In this document: positions 15,001-26,934 of the stretch, one piece after another
How the letters are laid out: each line of letters begins with the position of its first letter
How positions within the stretch are numbered: position 1 is the stretch's first letter
NCBI GenBank assembly: GCA_964016885.1
Contig: OZ024744.1
Span: 14,632,001-14,696,000 of the forward strand
Direction of reading: 5' to 3'
Length of the DNA stretch: 64,000 nt
Source: Eledone cirrhosa
Lineage: Eukaryota
Made by a program: the position numbers and the translations under genes
Notes under the pieces: model-generated
What the model saw: only the letters and a program-made list of their open reading frames with translations
Database searches by the model: none
What the model was told of the DNA's origin: nothing

Positions 15001-18000
15001 CCACTAAGTCATGTGCCTCCATTGCAAGGCCAATGCTCTAATCACTAAGCCATGTGCCTCCATTGCAAGGCCAATGCTCTAACCACTAAGCCATGTTCCT
15101 CCATTGCAAGGCCAATGCTCTAACCACTAAGTCATGTTCCTCCATTGCAAAGCCAATGCTCTAACCACTAAGCCATGTGCCACCATTGCAAGGCCAATGC
15201 TCTAACCACTAAACCATCTGCCTCCGTTGCAAGGCCAATGCTCTAACCACTAAGCCATCTGCCTCCATTGCAAGGCCAATGCTCTAACCACTAAGCCATG
15301 TGCCTCCATTGCAAGGCCAATGCTCTAACCACTAATTCATGTGCCTCCATTGCAAGGCCAATGCTCTAACCACTAAACCATCTGCTTCCATTGCAAGGCC
15401 AATGCTCTAACCACTAAGTCACGTGCCTCCATTGCAAGGCCAATGCTCTAACCACTAAGCCATGTGCCTCCATTGCAAGGCCAATGCTCTAACCACTATG
15501 CCATGTTCCTCCATTGCAAGGCCAATGCTCTAACCACTAAGTCATGTTCCTCCATTGCAAATCCAATGCTCTAACCACTAAGCCATGTGCCTCCATTGCA
15601 AGGCCAATGCTCTAACCACTAAGCCATGTGCCACCATTGCAAGGCCAATGCTCTAACCACTAAGTCATGTGCCACCATTGCAAGGCCAATGCTCTAACCA
15701 CTAAACCATCTGCCTCCGTTGCAAGGCCAATGCTCTAACCACTAAGCCATCTGCCTCCATTGCAAGGCCAATGCTCTAACCACTAAGCCATGTGCCTCCA
15801 TTGCAAGGCCAATGCTCTAACCAATAAGCCATGTGCCTCCATTGCAAGGCCAATACTCTAACCACTAAGCCATGTGCCTCCATTGCAAGGGCAATGCTCT
15901 AACCAATAAGCCATGTGCCTCCATTGCAAGGCCAATGCTCTAACCACTAACCCATGTTCCTCCATTGCAAGGACAATGCTCTAACCACTAAGTCATGTTC
16001 CTCCATTGCAAAGCCAATGCTCTAACCACTAAGCCATGTGCCCCCATTGCAAGGCCAATGCTCTAACCACTAAGCCATGTGCCACCATTGCAAGGCCAAT
16101 GCTCTAACCACTAAGCCATGTGCCACCATTGCAAGGCCAATGCTCTAACCACTAAACCATCTGCCTCCATTGCAAGGCCAATGCTCTAACCACTAAGCCA
16201 TCTGCCTCCATTGCAAGGCCAATGCTCTAACCACTAAGCCATGTGCCTCCATTGCAAGGCCAATAAGCCATGTGCCTCCATTGCAAGGCCAATACTCTAA
16301 CCACTAAGTCATGTGCCTCCATTGCAAGGCCAATGCTCTAACCACTAAGCCATGTGCCTCCATTGCAAGGCCAATGCTCTAACCACAAATCATGTGCCTC
16401 CATTGCAAGGCCAATGCTCTAACCACTAAGCCATGTGCCTCCATTGCAAGGCCAATGCTCTAACAACTAAGCCATGTGCCTACATTGCAAGTCCAATGCT
16501 CTAACCACTAAGTCATGCGGCTCCATTGCAAGGCCAATGCTCTAACCACTAAGACATGTGCCTCCATTGAAAGTCCAATGCTCTAACCACTAAGCCATGT
16601 ATCTCCATTGCAAGGCCAATGCTCTAACCACTAAGCCATGTGCCTCCATTGCAAGGCCAATGCTCTAACCACTAAGTGATGTGCCTCCATTGCAAGGCCA
16701 ATGCTCTAACCACTAAGCCATGTGCCTCCATTGCAAGGCCAATGCTCTAACCACTAAGCCATGTGCCTCCATGGCAAGGCCAATGCTCTAACCACTAAGC
16801 CATGTGCCTCCACTGCAAGGCCAATGCTCTAACCACTAAGTCATGTGCCTCCATTGCAAGGCCAATGCTCTAACCACTAAGCCATGTGCCTCCATTGCAA
16901 GGCCAATGTTCTAACCACTAAGTCGTGTGCCTCCATTGCAAGGCCAATGCTCTAACCACTAAGTCATGTGCCACCATTGCAAGGCCAATGCTCTAACCAC
17001 TAAACCATCTGCCTCCATTGCGAGGCCAATGCTCTAACCACTAAGTCATGTGCCTCCATTGCAAGGCCAATGCTCTAACCACTAACCCATGTGCCTCCAT
17101 TGCAAGGCCAATGCTCTAACCACTAAGTCATGTGCCTCCATTGCAAGGTCAATGCTCTAACCACTAAGTCATGTGCCTCCATTGCAAGGCCAATGCTCTA
17201 ACCACTAAGCCATCTGCCTCCATTGCAAGGCCAATGCTCTAACCACTAAGCCATGTGCCTCCATTGCAAGGCCAATGCTCTAACCACTAAGTCATGTGCT
17301 TCCATTGCAAGGCCAATGCTCTAACCACTAAACCATCTGCTTCCATTGCAAGGCCAATGCTCTAACCACTAAGTCACGTGCCTCCATTGCAAGGCCAATG
17401 CTCTAACCACTAAGCCATGTGCCTCCATTGCAAGGCCAATGCTCTAACCACTAAGCCATGTTCCTCCATTGCAAGGCCAATGCTCTAACCACTAAGTCAT
17501 GTTCCTCCATTGCAAATCCAATGCTCTAACCACTAAGCCATGTGCCTCCATTGCAAGGCCAATGCTCTAACCACTAAGCCATGTGCCACCATTGCAAGGC
17601 CAATGCTCTAACCACTAAGTCATGTGCCACCATTGCAAGGCCAATGCTCTAACAACTAAGCCATGTGCCTCCATTGCAAGGCCAAGGCTCTAACCACTAA
17701 GCCATGTGCCTCCATTGCAAGGCCAATGCTCTAACCACTAAGCCATGTGCCTCCATTGCAAGGCCAATGTTCTAACCACTAAGTCATGTGCCTCCATTGC
17801 AAGGCCAATGCTCTAACCACTAAGTCATGTGCCTCCATTGCAAGGCCAATGATCTAACCACTAAACCATCTGCCTCCATTGCAAGGCCAATGCTCTAACC
17901 ACTAAGTCATGTGCCTCCATTGCAAGGCCAATGCTCTAACCACTAAGCCATGTGCCTCCATTGCAAGGCCAATACTCTAACCACTAAGTCATGTGCCTCC

Positions 18001-19640
18001 ATTGCAAGGCCAATGCTCTAACCACTAAGTCATGTGCCTCCATTGCAAGGTCAATGCTCTAACCACTAAGTCATGTGCCTCCATTGCAAGGTCAATGCTC
18101 TAACCACTAAGCCATGTGCCTCCATTGCAAGGCCAATGCTCTAACCACTAAGTCATGTGCCTCCATTGCAAGGCCAATGCTCTAACCACTAAGTCATGTG
18201 CCTCCATTGCAAGGCCAATGCTCTAACCACTAAACCATCTGCCTCCATTGCAAGGCCAATGCTCTAACCACTAAGTCATGTGCCTCCATTGCAAGCCCAA
18301 TGCTCTAACCACTAAGCCATGTGCCTCCCTTGCAAGGCCAATGCTCTAACCACTAAGCCATGTTCCTCCATTGCAAGGCCAATGCTCTAACCACTAAGTC
18401 ATGTTCCTCCATTGCAAAGCCAATGCTCTAACCACTAAGCCATGTGCCTCCATTGCAAGGCCAATGCTCTAACCACTAAGCCATGTGCCACCATTGCAAG
18501 GCCAATGCTCTAACCACTAAGCCATGTGCCACCATTGCAAGGCCAATGCTTTAACCACTAAACCATCTGCCTCTATTGCAAGGCCAATGCTCTAACCACT
18601 AAGCCATCTGCCTCCATTGCAAGGCCAATGCTCTAACCACTAAGCCATGTGCCTCCATTGCAAGGCCAATGCTCTAACCACTAAGCCATGTTCCTCCATT
18701 GCAAAGCCAATGCTCTAACCACTAAGTCATGTTCCTCCATTGCAAAGCCAATGCTCTAACCACTAAGCCATGTGCCTCCATTGCAAGGCCAATGCTCTAA
18801 CCACTAAGCCATGTGCCACCATTGCAAGGCCAATGCTCTAACCACTAAGCCATGTGCCACCATTGCAAGGCCAATGCTCTAACCACTAAACCATCTGCCT
18901 CTATTGCAAGGCCAATGCTCTAACCACTAAGCCATCTGCCTCCATTGCAAGGCCAATGCTCTAACCACTAAGCCATGTGCCTCCATTGCAAGGCCAATGC
19001 TCTAACCACTAAGCCATGTTCCTCCATTGCAAGGCCAATGCTCTAACCACTAAGTCATGTTCCTCCATTGCAAAGCCAATGCTCTAACCACTAAGCCATG
19101 TGCCTCCATTGCAAGGCCAATGCTCTAACCACTAAGCCATGTGCCACCATTGCAAGGCCAATGCTCTAACCACTAAGCCATGTGCCACCATTGCAAGGCC
19201 AATGCTCTAACCACTAAACCATCTGCCTCCATTGCAAGGCCAATGCTCTAACCACTAAGCCATCTGCCTCCATTGCAAGGCCAATGCTATAACCACTAAG
19301 CCATGTGCCTCCATTGCAAGGCCAATGCTCTAACCACTAAGCCATGTGCCTCCATTGCAATGCCAATGCTCTAACCACTAAGTCATGTGCCTCCATTGCA
19401 AGGCCAATGCTCTAACCACTAAGCCATGTATCTCCATTGCAAGGCCAATGCTCTAACCACTAAGCCATGTGCCTCCATTGCAAGGCCAATGCTCTAACCA
19501 CTAAGTCATGTGCCTCCATTGCAAGGCCAATGCTCTAACCACTAAGCCATGTGCCTCCATTGCAAGGCCAATACTCTAACCACTAAGCCATGTTCCTCCA
19601 TTGCAAGGCCAATGCTCTAACCACTAAGTTATGTGCCTCC
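1..19640 (-). repeat. 41-bp tandem satellite (about 480 units, open at the left edge). Minus-strand unit GGAGGCACATGGCTTAGTGGTTAGAGCATTGGCCTTGCAAT, tRNA/SINE-head-like
   Basis: A 41-bp period is directly visible. The array ends sharply at 19640 against a (TG)n tract. Point-variant units recur in ordered cassettes. Confidence 0.98.
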
Positions 19641-19694
19641 ATGTGTGTGTGTTAATTGGTTGGTGATAGTAAAGGCATCCAACCATAGAAAGTA

Positions 19695-19930
19695 ATGACA
19701 GTGATGATGGTGACAGTGGTGACAGTAATGGTGATGATGATGGTGACAGTGGTGACATTAATAGTGATGCTCATGGTGACAGTGGTGATAGTAATGCTGA
19801 TGATGAGTGTGGTGACAGCGGTGATAATGGTGGGGGTGGGAGTGATAGTGGTAACAGTGATGGTGATGGTGGTGATAGTGGTAACACTGGTGACAGTAAT
19901 GGTGATGATGGTGGTGTTATTGGTGGTGAT
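19695..19930. repeat. Degenerate (GAT/GGT/GAC) trinucleotide low-complexity tract
   Basis: Visible GTG/ATG repeats produce spurious V/M- and T/I-rich ORFs. Confidence 0.9.
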
Positions 19931-20361
19931 TATTTCTAACCTAACACACATATATTCTAGGGAACAATGTTTAATTGGTTGCATTAAAATGAATGGATGA
20001 CTCTCTTTATTAGGATAAATTTTGAATGGTGAAACCTGGATATAACTGGTTTAGAAGGGCTACACTGTAACCCTATATACCACACAAGGTGACTAAAAGG
20101 GTGACCCTAGGAAGGGCATCCATCTATAAACTATTTATCCCACAAACTATCCCATGATGAATATGATTCAAGCTTGTTATTGAGTCCTGGAATGATAGCC
20201 CTTACTCTAGTAGGGTGGAACCACTGTTGCTACTGTTGTATGTGTGTGTGCATGAGGGGCGGGGTCATTAGGACAAAAGGCAAAGTTGTCACAACCCTGA
20301 CTCCAATTTAGATATTGTAAAATTTAAATAATCAACATATGACACAATGTATATGTATGAT

Positions 20362-20494
20362 TGTGTGTGTGTGTGTGTGTGTGTGTATGTATGCATGTAT
20401 GTATGTATGTATCTGCAACGCCTGATGGAATCATAGGTGAAGCATAGTAACACAGGGTATGTCTTCAGCATTTTAAACCTGGCTGAGCTCATCC

Positions 20495-20576
<82 letters not shown>
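20362..20576. repeat. Microsatellites (TG)n/(TATG)n and (GA)n
   Basis: Pure runs at about 20362-20411 and 20497-20576. Confidence 0.95.
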
Positions 20577-20744
20577 AAATTGACCCCAGTACTGGATTGA
20601 TTGGGACTATTTTATTTTATCATTCCAAAAGGGGAAAGACAAAACTGACCAGAAGAGGTGTAAGGAAATGAGAGAGCAAGACGCCAGAACAACTACCACA
20701 AACCATTCTATTTGACATTCCAACAACTCTATTATAATACCTAC

Positions 20745-20903
20745 CAAATAATCGACGGGATCATCAGGCCTAACTTTGCAGCAGTCAATAAGACCATTTG
20801 ACAGGGTTGGCATTATATGTGTCATCAGATAGTTCCTCAAAGGCAACGACCTCGCTTGTAACATTTCAAACTCCTGTTGTTTCACTTCGTTCAATTTTTT
20901 TGC
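20745..20903 (-). CDS. AK7: Adenylate kinase 7, penultimate coding exon (Dpy-30-like dimerisation domain)
   Basis: 159 bp, attccag|GCA...TTG|gtaggt, phase 0/0. Translates [53 protein letters not shown], which matches the AK7 C-terminal motif (S-x-PLRNYLM...MPTL..GL..CC.VRP.DPVD.L). Confidence 0.93.
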
Positions 20904-21319
20904 CTGGAATATGAATTAAAAAGAAAAAATAATATTTTTTAAAACATATTATCAAAAACGCTTTTAAAATAGATAATAGCAAATAGCTTTTATCATCATT
21001 TTATTAACATACTAACATTTTAATACCAAACAAATACTTTTAAATAAACTTTTAATTTTCTTGTTCTGACATATTTTCTTGAACAATACTTCTTCTGAAC
21101 TCTTCTTCTTCTCCCACTTATTCCTGAGAGGGTCGTGGGGGCACAGGCCTCACACACTCATTCTAGTGGTTACAAACCCAAGCCACACAATTAAAACACC
21201 AAACTAAATTCTACCCCCAAAAATATAACAGGTATCAACCATCCTAATCATAATGTCCACTTGAACTTATAATTTGTTGTCTCTTGATGTCTCTGGGTGA
21301 GACTTGGAGTCAGCTTGTA

Positions 21320-21465
21320 CAAATACTGGTACTTTATTTTATCGATCACGTAAGGATGACAGGCAAAGCTAACCTTGGTGGGATTTGAACTCACAACATA
21401 AAGGGACGGAACCAAACACCACAAAGCATTTTGTTTGTCACTCTACCGATCCTGCCAATCCACCA
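21320..21465 (-). mobile_element. tRNA-derived SINE (5' head and body)
   Basis: The minus strand reads GGTGGATTGGCAGGATCGGTAGAG (A-box-like) then GAGTTCAAATCC (B-box). The body resembles the copies at 26645-26734, about 36440-36535 and about 20580-20620. Confidence 0.8.
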
Positions 21466-21666
21466 ATAATAATAATAATTTCTTTATTAATCACAAAGGG
21501 TCCACATAAAGAAAAAACATAACGACAGTACAGGACAAAATCATAGTGTGTGTGTGTGTGTATGTGTGTGGGTTTTGCGTTTACACAAATATTAACAATG
21601 TTAAAAATAAAAATAATAATAATAAAAAATTAAAACAAAGACGGTTCCTCAATAGGGAGGTGATAT

Positions 21667-24600
21667 TCAAGGGTCGCTCGTGGGACCCCCCCCCCATAAA
21701 ACCACGGATGTCTTGATCTCTAGAGTAAGTGCCCTGTCCCACCTTTCAACAAATTGCTTTGAAGGCAGCACTTCTCTCTTTACCCTTATTTTCCTCCTCA
21801 AGTGGAACCTGAAGAAATTAATCAGGGCTTCTCCAAAGAGAAAACTGCTCGTCTTCAAACCTTTCAAATATGTCCACCATACAGCCTCTTTCGCCATGGC
21901 TACATGACATATACAAAGGGCCCGCCCTTCTTGACTAATAGAAGGTGGTAAGACAATTTTCATAATGGACTCGGTTGATAACCGAATTTGACCTACATGT
22001 GACAACAGGTGTTCGACATAAACCCCCAAGTCAGCAATGCTCGGACACTGGATGATTGCGTGCAGGACGACACTTCCATGTCTGTAGAGTCTATCTCGAA
22101 CTGGTAAAGCTCCTCGGTAGCACTGCCATGCCAGGTATTTCTGGAAATTATCCATGGGCCTGGACCGAAAGTCTTTCTGAAAAGAGTGACTACTTGATTT
22201 TCGTCGATGTCTAGAGTTTCTCTAAGAACATCGTAGTTTTTATCCGTCACTAATCCTCTATAGAACGCCAAGGGGGTGTTTCCACCGATCATATTTCCTG
22301 ATTGTTGAAGGGCTGTAAGCTCCTGAAGACATTTCCAAGCGCTCGGTGTCCACTTCACCCGCGACTGTAACTCCGTTAAGGATACGAGCTGGGGAAACAT
22401 GTGTCTGGTGAACGGCAACCAAACCTGTTCACCATTAAGGAAGCGATAGAGATGTCATAGCCTCGTGTATGTCTGTACACCATTAGCCACGGCCTTCCCT
22501 GTCCTCCACGCAGGGACTATTGACAGCAGATGGACCGTCTGATGACCGGAATGTGTCCCTTCAACAAGAATCGGAAGAACAAATGTTCCAGTGCAGTCAG
22601 ATGGGGTTGGGGACAAGGTACAACAGTCAAGCAGTAGTATATGATGGATGTGATGAATGTGTTTGCCACCTCTGCCCTTCCTTTCAGGGACAGCTTTCTC
22701 TCGGCCCATTTCTGGATGAGATTGGCCACTCTGTTCATCACCTCATCCCAATTTCTGTCCATCTGAAGGTCAGGACCAAACCAGACCCCGAGTAACTTGT
22801 AAATGTGCTGAGTTGTAGGCCCACAGGTTTTTCCTGGTTGTTTTTCGCTCCTGTCAGCGCTTCATATTCCTTCAGAACACTGCCGATCACCTTAATGTGT
22901 TTGGTGTTCGACACTATGACTGTGATGTCTGTGACTATCTGTGACTGTCAGCGTCTTTAATTTGTGTAGTAGCGGCTTGCGAGTCAATACATACACAAGG
23001 ACGAGAGGGGACAGTCCTGGCGGAACAAACACATGATATTGAATGGTTCTAAGAGGGGACCGTTCAATCTGACCACAGAGCAGATGACACTATGCATAGC
23101 AGTTATCCATCTTCTGAAAACCAGCCCAAAGCCTGCTGCTTTGAGGACCGTCGCTGCCAGGTACCGATGGTCAACCCTATCATATCCTTTGGATTGATCC
23201 AAGTTGATCAGTGCCTCACCTGTGCCAGGTTCTTTAGCCACCCTCTCTGTGATGTATCGCATGAGATGGAGGTTGTCGTGGATGGATCTTTTGGAAATAG
23301 CACATGTCTGTGCCTCCCCTACCAGACCACCAATGACAAGCGCCAACCTAGTTGCTAACACCTTGGCCAAAATTTTGAATTCTGCATTTAACAGAGTTAT
23401 GGGCCTAAAATTATTTATATTGTCTCCCTTGTTCAGTCTTTCCTCACCAGTTCCACCACTCCACGACTCACAGAACTGGGGATTCTCCCATTCTGCTGCC
23501 AGTTGCAGTAGACGTCTGCCAAGAGGTCACAAAACAAGTCTGGTATATAAACATAAAGCTCGTAGGGCAGACCATCTAATCCATGCAATTTGCCCCTCGT
23601 ACTGTCAGCAAATGCTACTTGTATCTCAACAGCTGTTATTGGCTTTTCGCAACACTCTGCTTCTCTCACCAACAGCTGCGGCAGGCTGTCAAGATAGGTT
23701 GCGAAGTCCATCTCGCCACCGCTCGCGAACAGTCGGGCAAAGTGTTGCTGAAAAGTTACTTACATCTGCTTGGGATCGAGTATCATAGTGTACCATGGCA
23801 TGCCTCTGTCACATGGGCCCATTGAATGGCTTTTGTCCCCTCATGTCTAAGAGCACGCCCTTAGCTCTGACCACATAGCCTTCGTGCTCAGCATTGAAGA
23901 ATTGGTCTAGAGCCAATCTCGCCACAAGAACGTTGGATGCGATGCCTTTGTTAATTGCCTTTTCTAGATTTCCTCTTTGCTCTAGTATTCTCTATTGCTA
24001 CAGCTTTGCTAAATCTTATTGATTCTACTTTAATTGCCCTTTTCAGGGCATAGCACCAATTGTTGACGATTGCCCCAGTCGACACCCGCTTAACTAAGTC
24101 ACTAATCCAGTCTCTGTAGACTTTGCACATTGGGAATGAGGTATTTAGCTTCCACTAACCAGGTCCTTGCCTATGGAGCCTATCTAGATCTACTACATAT
24201 GTCACGAATTTGTGGTCTGTGTATTCAACTGTTTGAAATTGTGGACAACTTATGTTATCCCTGTCTACTTCCCTACAGAATACCCTATCTCGATATGATC
24301 TGGATGACCTGATACAGTTTGACCATGTCCATATTGGTGCATTCAGAAAATCCAGTCGGTATCTGTCAGACAGTTGGAAGCGTCTGAGCAGATTTGTAGG
24401 GGCTTTTAAACCCTCCTCCCCGTTAGTTCCACACAACTCCAGTGTGCATCTAAGATACCGTTCCAGTCACCCACTAACATTAAAGAGCGAGACATTCCCA
24501 GAAAGGTTTTCAGACATTAGAAGAAATCAGTTTGTCCTGCCCCTGTTGGAGCATAGATGGCCACCAACTTGAAGGAGTGCCCTTCTCCACTGGTCACGTC

Positions 24601-24859
24601 CAGCACCACCAATTTACCCTCCTGTCCAGGACGATTGTCTGTATTGTGAGATCCATGTCTTTCCGGAACAACACGGCAACTCCGCCTTCAGATCCTGGAT
24701 GGCTTGGAGATGCGAACACCTTGTAGACACTGAAAATAGGTACAAATGTCCGTGCATCAGAAACTCTGGTCTCACTAATGGCCACCACATCTACGTCCCC
24801 GTTTCCAGAACGACCCCCAAGCCCCGTGCATTCACATTGCCTATTTTGAGTGAGGCCAT
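21667..24859 (-). pseudogene. LINE ORF2 (APE endonuclease - reverse transcriptase - C-terminal region), frameshifted and deleted
   Basis: Starts MASLKIGNVNARGLG. Contains ISET and GGVAVL (APE), GLDGLPYE, AKVLATRL, LDQSKGYDRVDH, RQDCPLS (RT), and LSLKGRAEVAN and ALPVRDRL (L1/Tx1 C-terminus). The motifs are spread over several frames. Confidence 0.9.
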
Positions 24860-24899
24860 GATTGATTTAGAGGAGGAGAAAGTGGGAAAGACCACTTAC

Positions 24900-26416
24900 C
24901 TTAGATTTGGGGGAGGAAGGATAGTAGTTCCATCCTTCATGTTTTTTTTTTTACTCAAAAGCCAAAATGTCTGTGTAGATTCATTTGGAGATTGTTCTCC
25001 TGAAGTCTCCAATCGAATCTGGGAATTTTGTTTTTAAATGTGCGTATGTTTTCTGTGTTATTTTTATTATTAGTATGTTTTGGGGTAATGCTATCCTTCC
25101 TGATTTTGTAAAATCGTTTTGTGTGATTGTGGTGTTGTGTTTGTTGTGTTGTAAGTAATTTAAAACTGTTGTATTGTTTGAATCAATTGCTGTGTATCCT
25201 TTTGTTGTTGCGGTGTGGGTTAGGTTTTGCTTGAAATGTTGTTTGTATGTGTAGTGATAGTTGTAGTGTTGGCTGTGTGGGGGTTTGTCGTGGTGGGTGG
25301 TGGTGATGGGGATGTGGTTTTTGGGGGTGTTTTTTTGCTCTTTCACCTTCTTTGTTTGAGGGCGAAGACAGAATTTTTTTTTGGGGGGGGAGGGGGGAGA
25401 ACACACTATTTGCCATTTGTTATGTGTATCATTGGGGAGTGGCATGTCTTCAATGGGTGTTGGTGTTGTTGATGTTGGTAACAGTTTTTTCTGTGTTGCA
25501 CTTGGCGATGCTGGTGCTGCTGCTACTGGTATTGGTGTTGTTTTATTTGGTGTTTGTCTTCTACTAGTAGTTGTTGTTGTGGTTTTTGTGTTGGTAGGAG
25601 CAGAGATTTCTTTATGTTTGTTTTTAAAGAAGGGCAGATTGCACTCAGGTGTTTTGTGGAGAGGCAGATACGACATCTAGCTTTTCTCCCTTCAATTTTT
25701 ATAGGTAATATTATACCACCCGAAAGGTATAGTTGTTCAGGGATGGCAACAACATTTTTTTGTGTCGTTTGTAGTAAAATTTCCACTGCCATCCCCGATC
25801 AATTGTCCTTGTTTATTTGGTAAACATCAAAGATTTTTGTATTCTTAATGTTTACCTTTAGGGTGGCTAATAGCCAAGAAATGTCTGTTCCTAGTGATAT
25901 AGTGTTTAATTTGATTCTTACCAACCTCATTTGCACAGTAGAATGGGATTAGCAGAATTTCCTCACTTTGTAGGGGCCTGAGGGAGAGAGATTTTGCCTC
26001 TACTTTTGTGTTAAATCTCATCTCCACAATGGCTCCATCTACCTCTTTGAATATAAATGCCCCAAAGCCTTTTGAATTTGAACTTCTGTGGCTCTTTCAA
26101 TTTTTTTACTTTTTAATCCAATAATATGGTATGTCACAGTTCGACGTACTGTATTTTGAATCGTTTCCAAAGGTGTCTTGAGACGGATGATATGGCCATT
26201 GCTTTCAACAAGACTCCTTGCTTTTTCTATTTCAACCTCAGAAAAGTTTAATTTTCTGAAGGATGACTTGATAACATCGGGGAAAGAAATGTTCCGGATG
26301 CTAATGTTCAGTGTGGATTGTGTGTTGTTGTTGTTGCTCCCTGTTATTGTTGTTGTGGCTGTTGTTGTTATTGTCATTGTTATTGTCTTTCTCAACCCTA
26401 TTGCTGTTATCTTCAT
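24900..26416 (-). pseudogene. LINE ORF1-like remnant with a degenerate zinc knuckle (C-x2-C-x4-H-x4-C)
   Basis: ORF fragments 26039-26416, 25845-26027, 25523-25792 (EGRKARCRICLSTKHLSAICP) and 24981-25676 lie directly upstream of ORF2. Confidence 0.72.
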
Positions 26417-26644
26417 TGTTGCTGTTGTTATTGATGGTGTTGTTGTTGTTTGTGTCGGAACTATTTCACTGTTTTAAGTCAGAAACAATATCATTAATAA
26501 CGATAATGTTTTTATTTTCTTTCAAAATATTTGTATTTTCCTTCACTAGAATGCTGATTTATTGAATTGTTGACAACGTCTCCTTCTCTCTGTGTTTCTG
26601 ACAGCGTTCTCTCTCTTTCTTGTGGTATCCATGTTTGAAATAAT

Positions 26645-26734
26645 TGTTTCTACTTTAGGCACAAGGCCAGCAATTACCCAGTGCATTACTGGTTCTTTAT
26701 TTTATCGACCCCGTAAGGATGAAAGGCAAAGTCA
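26645..26734 (-). mobile_element. 5'-truncated SINE with a perfect 18-bp target-site duplication
   Basis: ATCCATGTTTGAAATAAT occurs at 26627-26644 and 26735-26752. The insert matches the SINE body at 21325-21370. Confidence 0.88.
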
Positions 26735-26934
26735 ATCCATGTTTGAAATAATGATTGAAAAAATTTTTCTCAGTGAAATTTTACAAAAGCAACACCCCAT
26801 TAAGGGGTGTTATATTATTATGAGTGACTCACTTTGCTCTAAACTCATATCAAGTTTAAAACTGGAATAAAGGGTTAGAGAGGGTCGAAATAAATGTAAA
26901 CAATTGAAAATCCTGGAGCCAATATAAACCATGG

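Larger units (their letters stand above)
21466..26600 (-). mobile_element. Near-full-length decayed L1/Tx1-clade LINE (ORF1 + ORF2)
   Basis: ORF1 fragments at about 26416-24900, ORF2 at 24859-21667, and a 3' end with AATAAA (about 21483-21488) and a (TTA)n tail. The 5' boundary is approximate. Confidence 0.88.

Noticed and set aside
1-19640. CRISPR-like array or tandem tRNA gene cluster
   Set aside because: Units are head-to-tail with no unique spacers. They lack the 3' anticodon strand, T-arm/B-box and acceptor 3' strand, so they are not tRNA genes.
1-19640. Telomeric or subtelomeric repeat (CTAACC within the unit)
   Set aside because: Only one partial hexamer per 41 bp and no (TTAGGG)n runs. 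The tRNA D-loop GGTTAG explains it.
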